Source of the DNA: an uncultured delta proteobacterium
Lineage (GTDB): Bacteria; Myxococcota; UBA727; VGSZ01
Direction of reading: 5' to 3'
Length of the DNA stretch: 64,000 nt
Assembly: GCA_963775425.1 (NCBI GenBank)
Contig: CAVZJB010000007.1
Location: 272,613-336,612 of the forward strand
In this document: one piece after another, positions 61,187-64,000 of the stretch
How the letters are laid out: each line of letters starts with the position of its first letter
Numbering within the stretch: the first letter of the stretch is position 1
Notes under the pieces: model-generated
Seen by the model: the letters and a program-made list of their open reading frames with translations, nothing else
Database searches by the model: none
Told to the model about the DNA's origin: nothing
Translations under genes and position numbers: made by a program

Positions 61187-62473
61187 ATGGTGCGACGAGT
61201 GGCATTCGATCCCGCGCGCGTCCCGGACGACTCCTGCGTGGAGGGTCACCTCGATGGTGACCCCGTGTACGACGTCCTGCAAGCGATCCACACCGCTCGG
61301 TCGACGGGGCGGCTGACCGTCGAGGACGGCACCGGCCCGAACCACATGTTCTTCATGGAGGGGCGGCCCGTCGGCGTGGCGCTGTCGGAGTACGTCCACC
61401 CCCTCGGCCAGCTCCTGCTCGAGCTCGGGCGCATCAACGGGCAGACCTTCGTGCGCGCCCAGCGGCGCATCGCCGAGGGCAACCGCCTGGCGGGCCAGGT
61501 GTTCAAGGAGATCGGCGTCCTCGACGAGGCGGCCCTCGGGGAGGTGCTCGCCATCCAGGCGAGGAAGAAGGCGGAGCACTTCTGCCGCCTGGGGTCCCGC
61601 CCGTTCACCTTCTGCCGGGGGCGCGTGTACCTGAACGGGTTCACGTCGACGCCGCTGGACATCCACGTCGTCATCTACCTGTCCATCCGCTCGCAGCTCG
61701 GGCCCGACGCCCGCGCCAAGTGGATCGACGGCGCGCGCCACCTCCAGGTGCGCATCCAGAACGCCCCCGGGGATCCCACCGGCCTGCCCGCGCCGTTGTC
61801 GGCGTTCGGCTTCGGGGCCGCCGAGGATCGCTTCCTCCAGCGCATCGTGGGCGGCTGGGAGAAGGTCGCCGAGCTGTGCGACACGGGGACGCTGCCGCCG
61901 GACGAGGCGGCCGTGCTGCTGCGCTTCCTCGAGGTCATCGGCCGGCTCGACAAGCGGCCCGCGCCGGCGGTGCCGGCGGGCGTGTCGGCGCTCATCGAGC
62001 AGCCGAAGGAGGTCGCGGCGCTCGCGGTGCCGGAGGGCCTCGACGACGTGTTTTCATCGTCGGGGCCGGCGCCGGTGGCCGCGCCGGGGCCGCCTTTGGG
62101 GGCGCCGCCGTCGGCCGAGAGCGTCTTCGCGGGCCCCGACGAGCGCACGGATCCCAAGCGCCGGGCCAGCATCCACGACGAAAACACCCTGCCCCTCGGC
62201 GACGTCGCCGGCGAGCTGCCGCCGGCGGCGGTGACCACCATGCCCGAGCGACCCCGCTTCCGCAGCGTCCTGTTCCCCGAGCCCGCACAAAACGCGCCGC
62301 CGCCCCCGTCGATGGTTGTCAGCGAGGAGCTGCCCGCTCCCGTCGTGAAGAAGAAGAAGGTCAAGCGCACGGAGCCCCTGCCCTCCGAAGGCTCCGGCGT
62401 CCTTGTGAGCGAGACGCGCAAGGAGAGGACCAACGTCGGCCCCATGCCCAGTATTGTCATCGACGAAGAATGA
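61187..62473 (+). CDS. DUF4388/PatA-N-like domain protein with disordered C-terminus
   Basis: EGHL..PVYDVLQAI...RSTGRL.V..MFF.EGRPV; LGQLLLELG. Confidence 0.7.
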   Translation: MVRRVAFDPARVPDDSCVEGHLDGDPVYDVLQAIHTARSTGRLTVEDGTGPNHMFFMEGRPVGVALSEYVHPLGQLLLELGRINGQTFVRAQRRIAEGNRLAGQVFKEIGVLDEAALGEVLAIQARKKAEHFCRLGSRPFTFCRGRVYLNGFTSTPLDIHVVIYLSIRSQLGPDARAKWIDGARHLQVRIQNAPGDPTGLPAPLSAFGFGAAEDRFLQRIVGGWEKVAELCDTGTLPPDEAAVLLRFLEVIGRLDKRPAPAVPAGVSALIEQPKEVAALAVPEGLDDVFSSSGPAPVAAPGPPLGAPPSAESVFAGPDERTDPKRRASIHDENTLPLGDVAGELPPAAVTTMPERPRFRSVLFPEPAQNAPPPPSMVVSEELPAPVVKKKKVKRTEPLPSEGSGVLVSETRKERTNVGPMPSIVIDEE

Positions 62474-62506
62474 CGGGATGGTCCCGGCCGCGAGGACACC
62501 CACCTG

Positions 62507-63493
62507 ATGGCGACGAAGAAGACGGCGAAGAAGAAGCCCGCGGCCGACAAGACCGCGAAGACGGCCAAGAAGACCGCGGCGAAGAAGAAGACCGCGACCA
62601 AGAAGAAGACCGCGACCAAGAAGAAGACCGCGGCCAAGAAGGCGCCCACGGCGAAGAAGAAGACCACGACGAAGAAGAAGACCGCGGCGAAGAAGAAGAC
62701 CGCGACCAAGAAGAAGACCGCGGCCAAGAAGAAGACCGCGGCCAAGAAGGCGCCCGCGGCCAAGAAGAAGACCGCGGCCAAGAAGAAGACCGCCGCGAAG
62801 AAGAAAACCGCGGCCGAGATGAAGACCGTGACGAAGAAGAGCGCCGCGGCGACGCCACCGGCCTCGGCCTCGGCCGCGACGACGGTGGCGACGACGGCGG
62901 CGACGACTCCGGCCCCGGCGGCCGCAGCGACCCCGGCCACCGCGACCCCGGCGGCCGCGACGACCCAAGCGACGACGACCCCGGCGGCGACGACGCCCGC
63001 GGCCGTGACGACGGCCGCGGCGACGACGACGGCGGCGGCCTCCCCCCCGAAGCCGGCGGAGCCGCCCAATCCGTCCGTGGACCTCGCGCAAGCCATCGCG
63101 GCGCTCGCGCTCGACAAGAAGGCCGAGGACGTCGTCATCCTGCGCGTCACCGACCTCACGAGCTACGCCGACTGCTTCATCCTCGCCTCCGCCCCGAGCG
63201 AGCGGCAGGTGCAGGCCATCGCCCGCAACGTCGGCGACGAGATGCGCAAGGCCGGCAAGGCGCCCGTGGGCACCGAGGGCCTCGACCAGGGCCACTGGGT
63301 GCTCGTCGACCTCGGCGCCTCCGTGCTCCACGTCTTCCTCTCGAGCGCCCGGCAGTACTACGACCTCGAGGGCTTCTGGGCGGACGCCCCCCGCGTCGAC
63401 GTCGACGAGGCCCGCGGCAAGGAGATCCTCGCCCGCATGACCGAGGCCCGCGCCGCGCGCGACGAGGCCCGCGCCGCCGCGGCCAACGAGTGA
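62507..63493 (+). CDS. rsfS: Ribosome silencing factor RsfS with N-terminal histone-H1-like and Ala/Thr-rich extensions
   Basis: C-terminal ALDKKAEDVVIL.V...DCFILAS..SERQV.AI..EG....WVLVDLG..VLHVF...RQYYDLE.FW; directly upstream of rlmH. Confidence 0.88.
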   Translation: MATKKTAKKKPAADKTAKTAKKTAAKKKTATKKKTATKKKTAAKKAPTAKKKTTTKKKTAAKKKTATKKKTAAKKKTAAKKAPAAKKKTAAKKKTAAKKKTAAEMKTVTKKSAAATPPASASAATTVATTAATTPAPAAAATPATATPAAATTQATTTPAATTPAAVTTAAATTTAAASPPKPAEPPNPSVDLAQAIAALALDKKAEDVVILRVTDLTSYADCFILASAPSERQVQAIARNVGDEMRKAGKAPVGTEGLDQGHWVLVDLGASVLHVFLSSARQYYDLEGFWADAPRVDVDEARGKEILARMTEARAARDEARAAAANE

Positions 63494-63530
63494 CCCTCGA
63501 GCGGGGCGAGGCGCCGACGAGGGGCGCGCC

Positions 63531-64000
63531 GTGAGCCGCGTGCGCGTCGTGTTCCTCGGCGAGGACCCGCGCGATCCCTTGCAGGGCGCCGCCGCCGACT
63601 ACCTCGCCCGCGCCGGCCGCCGCTTCGACGCCGCCCTCGTCCCCCTCAAGCCCGCCAAGCGCGGCAAGGGCGCCGACGACGAACGCGTCCGCGCGCTCGA
63701 GGCCGAGGCGCTGCTTCACGCGAGCGAAGGCACCACGCGCGTCGCCCTCGACCCCGGCGGCGAGGAGCCGGCGTCGTCGGAAGAGCTCGCCCGCGCGCTC
63801 GAGGGGCTCATCGCCCGCGGCAAGCCCGTCAGCTTCCTCGTCGGCGGCGCCACCGGCTTGCACCCGAGCGTCGCCGAGGCGTGCGCGCGCACGATGTCGC
63901 TGTCGCGCCTGACCTTCGCGCACCGCCTCGCCGTCGTCGTGCTCGCCGAGCAGATCTACCGGGCCGCCGAGATCGCCCGCGGCGGCCCGTACCACAAGTA
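63531..64000 (+). CDS. rlmH: 23S rRNA m3-pseudouridine-1915 methyltransferase; stop codon cut at the window edge
   Basis: Manual translation: ALDPGG..SSEELA..FLVGGATGL..SLSRLTFAHRL...LAEQIYRA..I..G.PYHK; canonical rsfS-rlmH synteny. Confidence 0.9.
   Translation, partial: MSRVRVVFLGEDPRDPLQGAAADYLARAGRRFDAALVPLKPAKRGKGADDERVRALEAEALLHASEGTTRVALDPGGEEPASSEELARALEGLIARGKPVSFLVGGATGLHPSVAEACARTMSLSRLTFAHRLAVVVLAEQIYRAAEIARGGPYHK

Overview
Very GC-rich bacterial chromosomal segment. The gene repertoire (Pkn-type Ser/Thr kinase, DUF4388-like protein, Cys-rich and Gly-Glu-repeat lipoproteins, PilT paralogue, Lon) suggests a Myxococcota/'deltaproteobacterial' genome; this is inference, not a database result. 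About 45 CDSs can be supported: housekeeping or metabolic genes (crcB, rpsR, deoxyhypusine synthase-like, DyP, acyl-CoA dehydrogenase, pilT, glgA-like, MBOAT plus double SGNH, cyaY, PPi-type pfk, CNNM/HlyC, OPT, lon, M49 peptidase, PBP1A, rsfS, rlmH) mixed with many exported proteins of unknown function. I found no rRNA, tRNA, CRISPR array, integrase or transposase. Main oddities: a three-gene operon of mutually paralogous two-beta-barrel exported proteins; RsfS fused to a histone-H1-like Lys/Ala repeat domain; a PhoR-like sensor lacking its kinase core, coupled to an uncharacterised membrane protein; a glycogen-synthase-like enzyme with an N-terminal extension and altered KxGG loop; a recurring -10 hexamer exactly 6 nt before start codons (leaderless-type architecture); GTAG-type REP/REPIN mosaics and other intergenic repeat families; and a 47-aa membrane microprotein missing from the ORF track. 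None of these can be shown to be a new system without searches. Start positions were refined by eye and some are uncertain.
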